64,000 bases of DNA from Eubacteriales bacterium (GCA_045544855.1 JAZPZV010000023.1:2401-66400); one strand, 5' to 3'. Shown: positions 17,709 to 28,532, counted from the stretch's first letter. The notes: generated by a model from the sequence alone, not told the origin. Program-made: numbers and translations.

Positions 17709-19316
17709 TTACGGGGCGATAAAGGTATCGCCCATGGACAAAGCGAAGAAGAAATTGCCGTTGTCTGCGCTGATGCCCAGAGAGCCAAGCTCTTCGGCAC
17801 GGGAAATCTGATCTCCTGCTTTTACCGAAACGGAATCCAGCAGACAGTAGTAGCTGAAGATCCCGCAGCCGTGGTCGATCACCACCGTATTGCCTGCGGC
17901 ACCCAGCTCCCCTGCAAACACGCAGATACCCTGCTGAGTCGCTTCCACGGTGTGACCCTCCGTGCCGTGGTAAAGCTTACCCTTGAGGTAGGAAAGGCCG
18001 GGATCCTCTGCGGCTTCGGCATTGCCGATGATCACGGTGGTGCCGTAATCGTAGGCCAGCTCCCCGCGAACCACCTCGATGAACAGCAGGTCGGTCCTCA
18101 ACCGAGGGGTGCCGTCGGAGGCCTTTCTCAGCTGTGCCAGCTGTTCGTGGAGCGCTTCCAGCACGGCGGGGGCGTAGTAGGCTTGGTAATCGTCGGCATT
18201 GGGGGCATAGGAGATGATCGCTTCGTTTTCCCGTTCCTCCACGGTGACGGAATAGATATATTCCTTCTCCCCGGAACGGACGGTGAGGGGGTAAGTTCCT
18301 GCGGGAGTCTCGGGAGACACGGGCAGGAAGGCGTAGCTGTTGCCGCTTTCCGGGTGGTGGTAGAACTTCAGGTTGTCCGTTTGCCCTTCAAAGGTGATGG
18401 AAAGATCCTCGGCAGGGTTGGTGTACTCTGCGATCAGGGAGAGGTATCCCCCAGCGGTGAGGGTGACGGCGTTGTTCTCACTGCCCAAGAGCTTCACCGC
18501 GGCGGGTACGTCGTACAGCGCCAGGAAACGGTAGTGAGCCTCCCCGTATTGGGCGGAATTGGAGGCCTGGCTCCAGGTGGCGGTGATCTCCACACTCACC
18601 AGAGTGTCCCCGGTGAAATGCAACCCGCCAAGAGAGGTAACGGGAATCTCGGCTCCGTCCGTGCCGTTTTCCACCTTCCGCACCACAAAGCTGTAGTGGG
18701 AGGGCTCTACGGAAAACTCCATGCCGTTTTCAAAGTCTGCAAACAGGTTGAAGCTGAGGATCTCCTGGGAGGTGGGGGCGGACAGGTCGTTGTAATACAC
18801 CCCGTCTGCCTTCTTGTAGGACCAAACGTATTCCAAGGGGAGAATGGGGTGAACGTTTTCCCCGGAACGGACGGCGAGGGAAGGGAGATGATACTCCGCA
18901 TAAAGATATTCCAGCTCGGGACGCACCACCAAGGCGGCGGCATCCTCGGGATCCAGCAGGTAACATTTGCCCGCCTTGTCAAAGGCCATACAGCCGGAAA
19001 GGCTGGTGGAGGGATACAGTTCGTAGACCTCTTCCCCCACGGTCAGCTTTAAGGGCGTTTCCTTTTCCACGTCCCGCACGGGATCGTCAATGGGCGTGGC
19101 CCGTTCCAGCATCCCCACGTAGAGGGATAATTCGGGACCTTCCTTGAAGGTGAGACGGCTGCCGTCCCGGAGCTCCAACGAGGCCTCCGTCACGTGGTCG
19201 AAGGAGATCCCGCCTGTGACGAGCTGGACAGCAAACAGCACCACGAACACCAAGGGAATGCACAGCAATACCGCGATCACCGCGGCGGTTTTTTTATGAT
19301 TGGCAAGCTCTAACAT
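17709..19316 (-). CDS. Membrane-anchored protein with degenerate C-terminal M23 (LytM) domain
   Basis: N-terminal TM; GNTVVIDHG...V..GD M23 pattern; Zn ligands not recognisable; TTGACG-N17-TATAAT promoter at 19351-19379 (-). Confidence 0.8.
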   Translation of the reverse strand: MLELANHKKTAAVIAVLLCIPLVFVVLFAVQLVTGGISFDHVTEASLELRDGSRLTFKEGPELSLYVGMLERATPIDDPVRDVEKETPLKLTVGEEVYELYPSTSLSGCMAFDKAGKCYLLDPEDAAALVVRPELEYLYAEYHLPSLAVRSGENVHPILPLEYVWSYKKADGVYYNDLSAPTSQEILSFNLFADFENGMEFSVEPSHYSFVVRKVENGTDGAEIPVTSLGGLHFTGDTLVSVEITATWSQASNSAQYGEAHYRFLALYDVPAAVKLLGSENNAVTLTAGGYLSLIAEYTNPAEDLSITFEGQTDNLKFYHHPESGNSYAFLPVSPETPAGTYPLTVRSGEKEYIYSVTVEERENEAIISYAPNADDYQAYYAPAVLEALHEQLAQLRKASDGTPRLRTDLLFIEVVRGELAYDYGTTVIIGNAEAAEDPGLSYLKGKLYHGTEGHTVEATQQGICVFAGELGAAGNTVVIDHGCGIFSYYCLLDSVSVKAGDQISRAEELGSLGISADNGNFFFALSMGDTFIAP

Positions 19317-19387
19317 GGGGCGGATACCTTCCTTACAGTTTCTTCCTTACATTATATAATAGGGAAGCGGTTTCGTCAAGAGATTTT

Positions 19388-19966
19388 TTAAAGCAGTTCC
19401 GCTACGGAGCAGACCGCAATGCCCATCCCTGCGGAGAGGAGAATGAGCCAGATGGAGGAAAGCTTTTTCTTCCACAGCTTCTTCACCCCGAAATAGACTC
19501 CCAAAAGCAGGGCAAAGATCACCATGGAGCGGAAATCCGGGGTGAACTCCGGCTTGAAGAAGAATCCAAAGGCGTTTGCCAGCAGTACCGCGCCGGTGGA
19601 AAGGATCAAGGCGGAGACCACGGGCTTGACACCCTTTAAAAAGCCCTTGAAATACTTGTTCTCGGTGAAATTCTTCAGAATGGAAGCGATGATGAGAATG
19701 ATGATAAAGGCGGGCAACACCGTACCCAGGGTGGCGATCACGCTTCCCAAGGGGCCACCGGTCACGGAGCCCACGTAGGTGGCCATGTTCACGGCGATGG
19801 GGCCGGGGGTGGATTCGCAGACCCCCACGAAATCGTAGAATTGCTCCGCGGTGAGCCAGCCCTTGGCAACCACGGTTTCTTCCATGAGGGGCAACATCCC
19901 GTAGCCGCCGCCGAAGCAGAACAGACCCACCTTAAAAAAGCTTAAAAACAGTTCCAAATAGATCAT
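19388..19966 (-). CDS. Short-chain chromate transporter (ChrA family), second subunit
   Basis: FGGGYG and ESTPGPIAVNMATYVG motifs; start MIYLELF overlaps the upstream stop. Confidence 0.9.
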   Translation of the reverse strand: MIYLELFLSFFKVGLFCFGGGYGMLPLMEETVVAKGWLTAEQFYDFVGVCESTPGPIAVNMATYVGSVTGGPLGSVIATLGTVLPAFIIILIIASILKNFTENKYFKGFLKGVKPVVSALILSTGAVLLANAFGFFFKPEFTPDFRSMVIFALLLGVYFGVKKLWKKKLSSIWLILLSAGMGIAVCSVAELL

Positions 19967-20529
19967 TTCTTGCCCTCCTGTTCTTTTGCACTGCGGAGAG
20001 CGTAGGCGTAAATGCCGATGGCGCCGCCTGCCAGGATCCAAACGATGGCGCTGACGCTGACGGCAAACCACTCAAGCACCAAAAGGGTAATAAACAAAAC
20101 GCCAAAGGTGATCATGGGCAACAGCTTTTTTCCTGCCTTGGAAAGCAGGTTGAAGCCCGCCTTCAGGATCAAAAACGCCACCGCACAGCGGATTCCCACG
20201 AAGGCGTATGCCACGTACTTGTTTGCCATAAAGGGCTCCAGGAACAGGGAGATGAGATAAATGATCACCAAAGAGGGTGTCACCACGCCCAGGGTAGCCA
20301 GGGCACTGCCCAAAACGCCGGCTTTCTTGTAGCCTACGAAGGTGGCCATATTGATGGCGATGGGGCCGGGGGTGGATTCCGCGATGGCGATGACCTCCAT
20401 GAACTCGTCCTCCGTCAGCCAGCCGAATTTATCCACCACGGTCTCCTTCACCACGGCGATCATGGCGTAGCCGCCTCCGAAGGTAAAAAGACCGATCTTA
20501 AAAAAGTTGAAAAACAATTTCCATATCAT
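19963..20529 (-). CDS. Short-chain chromate transporter (ChrA family), first subunit
   Basis: TFGGGYAM and ESTPGPIAINMATFVG motifs. Confidence 0.9.
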   Translation of the reverse strand: MIWKLFFNFFKIGLFTFGGGYAMIAVVKETVVDKFGWLTEDEFMEVIAIAESTPGPIAINMATFVGYKKAGVLGSALATLGVVTPSLVIIYLISLFLEPFMANKYVAYAFVGIRCAVAFLILKAGFNLLSKAGKKLLPMITFGVLFITLLVLEWFAVSVSAIVWILAGGAIGIYAYALRSAKEQEGKK

Positions 20530-20621
20530 AGGCTCCAAAACCTCCTTGCCTTTCAGTATATCATAGTTTCCCCCCGATTGCAAGGCGTGTTTCTTTTTGC
20601 AGAGAAAAAACCGCCGTTCTC

Positions 20622-20650
20622 TTGACAAAAGACGACACAGGTGGTACAAT
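20622..20650 (+). promoter_or_regulatory. SigA promoter of uraA-upp
   Basis: TTGACA-N17-TACAAT with TG extension. Confidence 0.7.
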
Positions 20651-20725
20651 AGCATTTAAGAACAAAGTTCGAACAAACTTTGAAAAAGAAAAGAATAAAT
20701 AAAAAACAAGGAAGGTCTTTTTCCC

Positions 20726-22072
20726 ATGAAACTTACCTACGGCGTCAAAGACAAGCCGAAGTTTGGTCAGACGATCATCTTCGCAATCCAGCAGCTCCTT
20801 GCCATTATGGCCGCAACCCTGGTGGTTCCGATCATCGTCGGCAACAACATGAGCCCCGCCGCCGCTCTGTTCGGCGCAGGTGTTGGTACTCTTGTGTACC
20901 TGTGCTTCACCAAGTTCAAGAGCCCCGTATTCCTTGGCTCCTCCTTCGCGTTCCTCGGCTCTATGTCCGCTGCCTTTGGAGGCGGTGTTTCCATGGCTCT
21001 GGGCTACGTCGGCCTGATCATCGGTGCCGTATTGGCAGGTCTGGTCTACGTGATCATCGCCATTTTGGTGAAGATCGCAGGCGTTAACTGGCTGAACAAG
21101 CTGATGCCCGCCGTTGTTATCGGCCCCACCGTTGCCATCATCGGTCTTTCTCTGGCAGGGAACGCTATCGGCGACCTCCAGGCAGGCGACGTTGCCACCG
21201 GTTCCCCCTACGTAGCTTTGATCTGCGGTCTCATCGCTCTGATCGTTACCATTCTCTGCTCTACCTACGGCAAGAAGATGATCAAGCTGATCCCCTTTAT
21301 CATGGGTATCCTGGCGGGTACTGCCGCCGCTACCATCTTCACCATCATCGGTGACGTGATGGGCAACGACGCTCTGAAGCTGGTTGACTTCTCCAACTTC
21401 ACCAACCTGTGGGCAAACGGTGTGAATCTCGAGACCTTTATCACCCTGCCCAAGTTCACCTTCCAGACCGCTCTTGACGGCGTGAAGGAGATCTCTCTCG
21501 ATTACATCATCGCTATCGCAGTGGCTTATATGCCCGTTGCTATGGTAGTCTTTGCCGAGCACGTTGCTGACCACAAGAACATTTCCTCCATCATCGAATC
21601 CGATCTGCTGGAAGAGCCCGGTCTGCACAGAACCCTGCTGGGCGACGGCGTCGGCTCCATGGCCGGTGCCTTCTTCGGCGGCTGCCCCAACACCACCTAC
21701 GGTGAGTCCGTTGCTTGCGTAGCTATTTCCGGCAACGCTTCCGTCATCACCACCCTGTTCGCCGCCATCGGCGCGATCCTCATCGCCTTCTTCGCTCCCT
21801 TCGTAGCCTTCGTTAACTTCATCCCCGCTTGCGTTATGGGCGGTATCTGCGTGGCTCTCTACGGCTTCATCGCAGTTTCCGGTCTTAAGATGATCCAGAA
21901 GGTTGACCTGGAGAAGAACCGCAACCTGTTCGTGGTATCCACCATTCTGATCTGCGGCATCGGCGGGCTGTCTCTCTCCTTTGGTGAGGTTACCATCACC
22001 TCCATCGCTTGCGCTCTGATCCTGGGTATCATCGTAAACCTGATCCTCTCCGGCGAAAAGGACGCAGAGTGA
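20726..22072 (+). CDS. uraA: Uracil permease (NCS2 family)
   Basis: [16 protein letters not shown] and [13 protein letters not shown]2 signatures; adjacent to upp. Confidence 0.88.
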   Translation: MKLTYGVKDKPKFGQTIIFAIQQLLAIMAATLVVPIIVGNNMSPAAALFGAGVGTLVYLCFTKFKSPVFLGSSFAFLGSMSAAFGGGVSMALGYVGLIIGAVLAGLVYVIIAILVKIAGVNWLNKLMPAVVIGPTVAIIGLSLAGNAIGDLQAGDVATGSPYVALICGLIALIVTILCSTYGKKMIKLIPFIMGILAGTAAATIFTIIGDVMGNDALKLVDFSNFTNLWANGVNLETFITLPKFTFQTALDGVKEISLDYIIAIAVAYMPVAMVVFAEHVADHKNISSIIESDLLEEPGLHRTLLGDGVGSMAGAFFGGCPNTTYGESVACVAISGNASVITTLFAAIGAILIAFFAPFVAFVNFIPACVMGGICVALYGFIAVSGLKMIQKVDLEKNRNLFVVSTILICGIGGLSLSFGEVTITSIACALILGIIVNLILSGEKDAE

Positions 22073-22097
22073 TCTCCTTTTGAAAGGGCTTTCAATC

Positions 22098-22727
22098 ATG
22101 GCACAACTTCACGTTATCGACCATCCTCTGATTCAGCATAAGCTGTCTATCATGAGAAATCAGAATACCGGCTCCAAGGATTTCCGCCAGCTTTTGGAGG
22201 AGATCTCCATGCTCATGGGCTACGAGGTGACCCGTGAACTGCCCTTGGAGGATTACACCATCAAGACCCCTCTTTGCTCCATGACCGCCAAGCGCATTTC
22301 CGGCAAGAAGCTGGCCATCGTTCCCATCCTCCGCGCAGGTCTGGGCATGGTGGACGGTCTGCTGTCTCTCATGCCCGTGGCAAAGGTTGGGCACATCGGT
22401 CTCTACCGTGACCCCGATACCCACCTTCCCGTGGAGTATTACTGCAAGCTTCCCCCGGACGTGGCAAACCGCACCGTGCTGTTGGTTGACCCCATGCTGG
22501 CAACCGGTGGCTCTGCTTCCGACGCTTTGACCAAGCTGAAGGAGCGGGGTGTGACGGATATCCGTCTCATGTGTCTGGTGGGCGCACCCGAGGGTGTGAA
22601 GAAGATCGAAGAGGATCACCCCGACGTTCCCATCTATCTGGCGGCGTTGGACGAGAAGCTGAACGATCACGCTTACATCCTGCCCGGTCTGGGCGACGCG
22701 GGCGACCGTATCTTCGGTACGCTTTAA
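22098..22727 (+). CDS. upp: Uracil phosphoribosyltransferase
   Basis: [38 protein letters not shown]. Confidence 0.97.
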   Translation: MAQLHVIDHPLIQHKLSIMRNQNTGSKDFRQLLEEISMLMGYEVTRELPLEDYTIKTPLCSMTAKRISGKKLAIVPILRAGLGMVDGLLSLMPVAKVGHIGLYRDPDTHLPVEYYCKLPPDVANRTVLLVDPMLATGGSASDALTKLKERGVTDIRLMCLVGAPEGVKKIEEDHPDVPIYLAALDEKLNDHAYILPGLGDAGDRIFGTL

Positions 22728-22733
22728 CAACTT

Positions 22734-22769
22734 GCGGGACTGCCTTTTCAAAGCGCAGTCCCGTTTTTT
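22734..22769 (+). terminator. Intrinsic terminator after upp
   Basis: CGGGACTGC...GCAGTCCCG followed by TTTTTT. Confidence 0.75.
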
Positions 22770-22791
22770 ATCCAAAAAAGGAGGCTTTTCT

Positions 22792-24117
22792 ATGGCCGTC
22801 AATTTACCGGAAGCGTTTTTGGAACGCATGAAGACCCTGTTGGGGGAGGAATATCCCGCCTTTCTTGGGGAATATGACAAGGAATCCACCCGTGCGTTGT
22901 ACAAAGCGGCAGAGGTCACCCTTGATTTTCCCGCCGCTCCCATTGACCATCTGCCACACGGGTACACCTTTGACACGGAAAAGCCGGGGAACCACCCCCT
23001 TCACCACGCAGGGGCGTTTTACGTCCAGGATCCCTCCGCCATGGCCACCGTGTCCGCCGTTCCCTTCCGTGAGGGGATGCGGTGTCTGGACCTTTGCGCT
23101 TCCCCCGGAGGGAAGACGGTGCAGATGGCTCACCGCATGGGGAAAGAGGGCTTTTTGGTGTCCAACGAGATCAATCCTTCCCGCTGTAAGGTGCTTTACG
23201 GCAACGTGGAGCGGATGGGCTTTGACAACGTGCAGGTGACCAACGCCGATCCCAAGCGGATAGCGGCTTGGTACCCGGATTTCTTTGACTTGGTGACGGT
23301 GGATGCCCCCTGCTCGGGGGAGGGGATGTTCCGCAAGTACGAAAACGCCCCCGCGGAGTGGTCGGAAAATGCCCCCGCCTTCTGTGCCGCAAGGCAAAAG
23401 GAGATCTTACACTACGCAGGGCAGACGGTGGCCCCCGGGGGATATTTGCTGTACGCCACCTGTACCTTCTCCGTGGAGGAAAACGAAGGCTCCGTGAAGG
23501 CCTTTTTGGAGGAATATCCGGAGTTTTCCCTGCAAGAATTGCCTCCCCGTTTGCAGGCGGTGTCCTCCCCCGGGGTGGAGATGCCTTTTGCACGGCGGTT
23601 CTACCCCCACAAGGCGGCAGGGGAAGGGCAGTTTGTTGCCCTTTTGAAGCGGAGCGACGAAGGATTGCGCCGAGAGACCCCCGCCTTCCCCGACGGCAGA
23701 GAGGTGATCCCCTACGAGGAACTGAATATTTTGCAGGACTTTTTGGAATCCGTCATGGAAAAGGGCGGAGACCTCACCCTGTGCAAATACGGGAAATACC
23801 TGTATTCCGCTCCCATGCCCGTGCCGAAGGAGAACGTTTTCTCTGCGGGGGTGACCCTGGGCACGGTGGAAAAGCGCCGTTTCGTCCCCCATCACCAGCT
23901 GTTTAAGTGCTTCGGAACCCGTTTCCTTCGGAAATTGGAGCTTGATCTCCACGACAAGCGGGTAGCCCAGTACCTTTCCGGGGCGGAGATCGAATGCGAC
24001 CTCCCCGACGGCTGGGCGGCGGTGCTTCTTTGCGGCTTGCCCTTGGGAGGCATCAAGGTCTCCGACGGCCGCGGCAAAAACCACTATCCCAAAGGGCTAC
24101 GTATGAACGGGCTGTAA
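22792..24117 (+). CDS. rsmF: RsmF/RsmB (NOL1/NOP2/Sun) family rRNA m5C methyltransferase
   Basis: YVQDPSA, DLCASPGGKT, DAPCSGEGMFRK, YATCT, C-terminal KNHYPKGLR. Confidence 0.88.
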   Translation: MAVNLPEAFLERMKTLLGEEYPAFLGEYDKESTRALYKAAEVTLDFPAAPIDHLPHGYTFDTEKPGNHPLHHAGAFYVQDPSAMATVSAVPFREGMRCLDLCASPGGKTVQMAHRMGKEGFLVSNEINPSRCKVLYGNVERMGFDNVQVTNADPKRIAAWYPDFFDLVTVDAPCSGEGMFRKYENAPAEWSENAPAFCAARQKEILHYAGQTVAPGGYLLYATCTFSVEENEGSVKAFLEEYPEFSLQELPPRLQAVSSPGVEMPFARRFYPHKAAGEGQFVALLKRSDEGLRRETPAFPDGREVIPYEELNILQDFLESVMEKGGDLTLCKYGKYLYSAPMPVPKENVFSAGVTLGTVEKRRFVPHHQLFKCFGTRFLRKLELDLHDKRVAQYLSGAEIECDLPDGWAAVLLCGLPLGGIKVSDGRGKNHYPKGLRMNGL

Positions 24118-24197
24118 ATTACATTTTTCGCCCTTGACAGTGCCCCTGCTTCCATGTTAAAATGAAATCAGAAATTCATTGGAAAGAAGTTATTTTT

Positions 24198-27100
24198 GTG
24201 AAAAGATCCTGTCTGCGTTGTTGCTGTTTTTTTCTGGTTCTCAGTGTGCTTGCGGGGTTGCTCCCCGGGGTCACCGTGTTTGCGGGAGATCCCTTTGCCT
24301 ATGAGATCGTAAACGGCGAGGCCATCATCACTGCGTACAATGGAACAGAAGAGGTTGTGACGGTGCCCGACACGCTGGAGGGGGTGCCTGTTACGGGGAT
24401 CGGGGCGTTGGCCTTTGAGGATGCCCCCGTGAAGGAGCTGATCCTGCCCGACGGCGTGACCGCCATTGCGGACGGGGCTTTTTACGCCTGCAAATTTTTG
24501 GAGAAGATCCACTTGGGGAACAGTCTGGTCTCTCTGGGCGAAGGGGCGTTTGCGGATTGCTTTGCTCTTGCCGAGGTGATCCTTCCCGCAACCCTGCAGA
24601 CCATGGGAACGCAGGTGTTCTCCGGCTGTAAAGCCTTGACTCTTTTGGCGGTGGAAGAGGGGTGCGAAGCCTTTTCTTCCGCAGGGAACTGTATCATCGA
24701 CGCAAACGGCGTGCTGGTTGCGGGGTGCAGTACCTCCGTGATCCCCGCAGACGGCAGTGTGCTTGCCATCGCTCCCTACGCTTTTTCCTTTGCCACGGGA
24801 CTGACCGAGGTTTCCATCCCCGAAGGGGTGACGGAGATCGGTGAGGGTGCTTTTGAAAACACGGGGCTGACCACTCTGTTCATTCCCGACACCGTCACCA
24901 AGGTGGGGAAGCACATCCTCCACGGCACCAAGCTGGTTTCTTTGTATTGCGGCAGCGCTTCTCAGCCCGTGGATTGGCACATCAAATGGAACTTTGGGTT
25001 GCAGATCCCCGTGATCTGGGGCTACGACAACACCTGCGCCCACGGGGAGACCCGTCACGAAGCCCTTGATCCCACCTGTACCGCCGAAGGGTTTGAAAAG
25101 CTGGTGTGCAATCTTTGTAACAGCATTTTGACGCTGAAGCTGTTCCCCCCCATAGGGCATACCGAAAAAACGGAGACGATTGCTCCCACCTGTGCCAAGG
25201 CGGGGTATACCCGTGTGACCTGCACGGTGTGCGAAAAGGAGCTTTCCTATACCACGCTGTCTCCCACCGCTTCCCACGGGGAACTGCGGGAGGAGATCCT
25301 GGAACCTACCTGTTGCGAGGAAGGATACCGCGTTCAGATCTGCACGGTGTGCGATCGGGTGGTGGCTTCCGCCACGTATCCGCCCTTGGGGCATAACGAG
25401 TATACCGAGACGGTGATGCCCACCTGTGCATCCGACGGCTACACCCGCGTCACCTGTCTGGATTGCGGCGAGGAGGTCTCTTACGCCGTCCTGCCCGCCA
25501 TCTCCACCCACGGGGAGCTTCGCACCGAGGTGCTTGATCCTACCTGCACCGAAAAAGGCTACCGAAAAGAGATCTGTACCGTCTGCGAAAAGGTGCTTTC
25601 CAACCGCACCCTCCCTGCGCTGGGACACAAAGAGCATACGGAGACGGTTGCTCCCACCTGCATTGCCACCGGTTTTACTCGTGTGACCTGCACGGTGTGT
25701 GAAAAAGAGCTTTCTTACACCCTTCTGCCCATAGCTACGGAGCATGCTCATCTGCAGACGGAGCGGGTAGAACCCACCTGTACCGAAGCGGGATACGAAA
25801 AAGTCACCTGCGCACTTTGCGGCATAGTCACCCTGGACGAGGTACTGCCTCCCACGGGGCATACCGAAGAGACGGAGAGGGTGGAACCTACCTGTATCGC
25901 CGCAGGGTATACCCGCGTGACCTGTTCCGTTTGCAAGATTGAGCTTTCCTACACGGAACTGCCCATGGCTACGGAGCATGCTCACCTGCAGACGGAGCGT
26001 GTAGAACCCACCTGCACCCAAGCGGGATACGAAAAAGTTACCTGCGCACTTTGCGGCATTGTCACCCTGGATGAGGTACTGCCTCCCACGGGACATACCG
26101 AAGAGACGGAGACGGTGGAGCCCACCTGCGTTTCCCCGGGCTATACCCGTGTGACCTGTTCCGTTTGCAAAACAGAGCTTTCCTACACCGAGATCTCTCC
26201 GTTGCCCGCGCATCCTTCCTTCCGCACGGAACGTGCAGAGCCCACCTGCACCGAAGCGGGATACGAAAAAGCGATCTGTACCCTGTGCGGGGAAGTGGTG
26301 ACCGAGACGGAGCTGCCTCCCACGGGACATACCGAGGAGACGGAGACGGTGAACCCCACCTGTGCGGTAGCGGGCTACATCCGTGTGACCTGCAGGGTGT
26401 GTAACGCGGAGATCTCTTATACCGAACTGCCCGTGACGGAGGAGCATCCTTCCTTCCGCAGGGAACGTGCAGAGCCCACCTGCACCGAAGCGGGATACGA
26501 AAAGGCGATCTGTACCCTGTGCGGGGAAGTGGTGACCGAAACGGAGCTGCCTCCCACGGGACATACCGAAGAGACGGAGACGGTGAACCCCACCTGTGCG
26601 GTAGCGGGCTACATCCGTGTGACCTGCACGGTGTGCAAGGCAGAGCTTTCCTACACCGAGCTGCCTGTGACAGAGGAGCACGCTTCCGTCCATACCGAGA
26701 CCAAAGCGCCCACCTGTACGCTGGTGGGGTCACAAACAAGCACCTGCACTCTGTGCGGGAAGGTGTTGCAAAGCCTTGTCCTGCCCGCCTTGGGGCATAC
26801 TTACGAGATCACCACCCTACGTCCTACCTGCGGCATGGAGGGGTACACCTTGGTTGCTTGCAGTGTTTGCGGAGATCAAAAATCCTACACCGTTTTGCCC
26901 AGGACAACGCATACCCAGGGGGCGGATGGCAGATGCACCTATTGCGGCGTTGCCTCCGGGAACCCGGAAGCCGATTTTACCTACACCTTAGGTCCCTACG
27001 GCCTTGTGATCACGGGGTACGTGGGAACGAGCACCAAGGTGGCCATTCCCGCCTACATCAAGGGCGGCCCTGTGACGGCCATCGCCAGCGGTGCTTTTGC

Positions 27101-28487
27101 GGGGAAAAACATCACGGAGGTGCAGTTCCCCGACACCCTGCGGGAGATCGGTAAGTTTGCCTTTGAGGATTGCACCGCCTTGACAGAGCTTTTGATCCCA
27201 GGGAGCGTGAAGCTCATTGACGAAGGGGCGTTTTTGGGGTGCACGGGAGTGTCCTCCTTGTACCTTTCCGAGGGTGTGGAGTCTATTCTGTACGCCGCCT
27301 TTGCGGGGTGCGGGAATTTGTCCTCCGTGACCCTCCCCGCCAGCCTGAAGACCCTTTCCTACGGGGCTTTCGGCAACTGCTCTTCCTTGCGCCGCTTGCA
27401 GGTGCGGGAGGGGAACACCGTGTTTGCCTCCGCAGGGAACTGCGTTTACGAGCAGACCACGGGACTTTTGCTGGCAGGCTGTGTTTCCAGCGTGATCCCC
27501 GACGACGGACGCATCAAGTCCATCGCTCAAGGTGCTTTTGAGGGCTTTGGGGAGCTGACCTCTCTCTATATTCCCGAAGGGATCACCTCCATCGGTGCGT
27601 ACGCCTTCCGCGGCACGGGGCTGACGGAGCTGACCCTACCTTCCTCTGTGGAACAGGTGGGCAGATACATCCTGTTCGACACCCCCACAGAACGGATCTA
27701 TTGCTCCCCCGAGGAAAAACCCGCGGGGTGGCACGACAACTGGATCGCAGGAAGTGCCGCACAAGTAAACTGGAACAGCAACGCTTGCGTCCATGAGGAA
27801 TCGGTTCTCTTGCGGGAGATCCCTTCCGACTGTATGAACGAGGGCAATCGCATTTACGGCTGTGCGACCTGCGGCGCCGTGACGGAAACGGAAGTCCTGC
27901 CGGTGCTTGCCCACACTTACAGCAAGGGCGTTTGCAGTGCCTGCGGATACGTGGACGGTCTGCTTTTGGAGCCTTGGGACGGGGGATACCGCATCCTTGG
28001 GTATACGGGAACGGAAAAGGTCCTTGTGATCCCTGCGCAGGTGGCAGGCATTCCCGTGCTGGCCATCGATTCCCGTGCCTTTGCAGGAAACCTTCTGCTG
28101 AAGACGGTGTACATCCCTTCCTCGGTGGTTTGTATCGGCGAAGAAGCGTTTGCAGATTGCGAGAATCTGGCTGAGATCCGCTGTCAGCGGGACGCCGCTT
28201 TGAGCACCTGGCATCGAAACTGGGCGTCCCACACGGATGCCGCCTTTGTTTGGAGTGCCGATCTTCCCACCGCTCCTGCGGTTCTGTACGGAGATATCAA
28301 CGGTGACGGAAGGATCACCACCCTTGACTACGCCATGCTGAAGCGCTACGTGATGAAAAAGCTGGCTCTGACGGAGACGCAGCTTCTTGGCGCAGACGCG
28401 AATAGGGACGGCAGAGTGAACGCCTTGGATTACGCTTTGCTGAAACGCCACGTTTTAAAAACTTACGTGATCAAGCAGGACGGTTGA
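24198..28487 (+). CDS. Secreted BspA-type leucine-rich-repeat protein with Cys/His repeat stalk and C-terminal dockerin
   Basis: Signal peptide; three LRR_5 blocks (IP..VT.IG..AF); 16 tandem PTC..GY..CxxC..H repeats; duplicated GDxNGDG Ca-binding dockerin loops; start GTG 24198 or ATG 24162. Confidence 0.9.
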   Translation: MKRSCLRCCCFFLVLSVLAGLLPGVTVFAGDPFAYEIVNGEAIITAYNGTEEVVTVPDTLEGVPVTGIGALAFEDAPVKELILPDGVTAIADGAFYACKFLEKIHLGNSLVSLGEGAFADCFALAEVILPATLQTMGTQVFSGCKALTLLAVEEGCEAFSSAGNCIIDANGVLVAGCSTSVIPADGSVLAIAPYAFSFATGLTEVSIPEGVTEIGEGAFENTGLTTLFIPDTVTKVGKHILHGTKLVSLYCGSASQPVDWHIKWNFGLQIPVIWGYDNTCAHGETRHEALDPTCTAEGFEKLVCNLCNSILTLKLFPPIGHTEKTETIAPTCAKAGYTRVTCTVCEKELSYTTLSPTASHGELREEILEPTCCEEGYRVQICTVCDRVVASATYPPLGHNEYTETVMPTCASDGYTRVTCLDCGEEVSYAVLPAISTHGELRTEVLDPTCTEKGYRKEICTVCEKVLSNRTLPALGHKEHTETVAPTCIATGFTRVTCTVCEKELSYTLLPIATEHAHLQTERVEPTCTEAGYEKVTCALCGIVTLDEVLPPTGHTEETERVEPTCIAAGYTRVTCSVCKIELSYTELPMATEHAHLQTERVEPTCTQAGYEKVTCALCGIVTLDEVLPPTGHTEETETVEPTCVSPGYTRVTCSVCKTELSYTEISPLPAHPSFRTERAEPTCTEAGYEKAICTLCGEVVTETELPPTGHTEETETVNPTCAVAGYIRVTCRVCNAEISYTELPVTEEHPSFRRERAEPTCTEAGYEKAICTLCGEVVTETELPPTGHTEETETVNPTCAVAGYIRVTCTVCKAELSYTELPVTEEHASVHTETKAPTCTLVGSQTSTCTLCGKVLQSLVLPALGHTYEITTLRPTCGMEGYTLVACSVCGDQKSYTVLPRTTHTQGADGRCTYCGVASGNPEADFTYTLGPYGLVITGYVGTSTKVAIPAYIKGGPVTAIASGAFAGKNITEVQFPDTLREIGKFAFEDCTALTELLIPGSVKLIDEGAFLGCTGVSSLYLSEGVESILYAAFAGCGNLSSVTLPASLKTLSYGAFGNCSSLRRLQVREGNTVFASAGNCVYEQTTGLLLAGCVSSVIPDDGRIKSIAQGAFEGFGELTSLYIPEGITSIGAYAFRGTGLTELTLPSSVEQVGRYILFDTPTERIYCSPEEKPAGWHDNWIAGSAAQVNWNSNACVHEESVLLREIPSDCMNEGNRIYGCATCGAVTETEVLPVLAHTYSKGVCSACGYVDGLLLEPWDGGYRILGYTGTEKVLVIPAQVAGIPVLAIDSRAFAGNLLLKTVYIPSSVVCIGEEAFADCENLAEIRCQRDAALSTWHRNWASHTDAAFVWSADLPTAPAVLYGDINGDGRITTLDYAMLKRYVMKKLALTETQLLGADANRDGRVNALDYALLKRHVLKTYVIKQDG
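25030..26950 (+). repeat. About 117-bp (39-aa) tandem Cys/His repeats with 234-bp higher-order duplications
   Basis: Near-identical blocks 234 bp apart, e.g. 25731/25965 and 26211/26445. Confidence 0.85.
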
Positions 28488-28494
28488 ACCTGCA

Positions 28495-28532
28495 AAAAAA
28501 GAAAGGAGCGGCGATCCGCTCCTTTTCCTTTT
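28495..28532 (+). terminator. Intrinsic terminator
   Basis: AAAGGAGCGG-cgat-CCGCTCCTTT followed by a T-rich tail. Confidence 0.7.

Noticed and set aside
19388-20529. Split or pseudogenised chromate transporter
   Set aside because: Paired short-chain ChrA genes are the normal form in Bacillota; both ORFs are intact.
20655-20685. LexA box or PyrR attenuator upstream of uraA
   Set aside because: GAAC-AAA-GTTC has a 3-nt rather than 4-nt spacer, and no PyrR binding loop or terminator is visible in the short leader.
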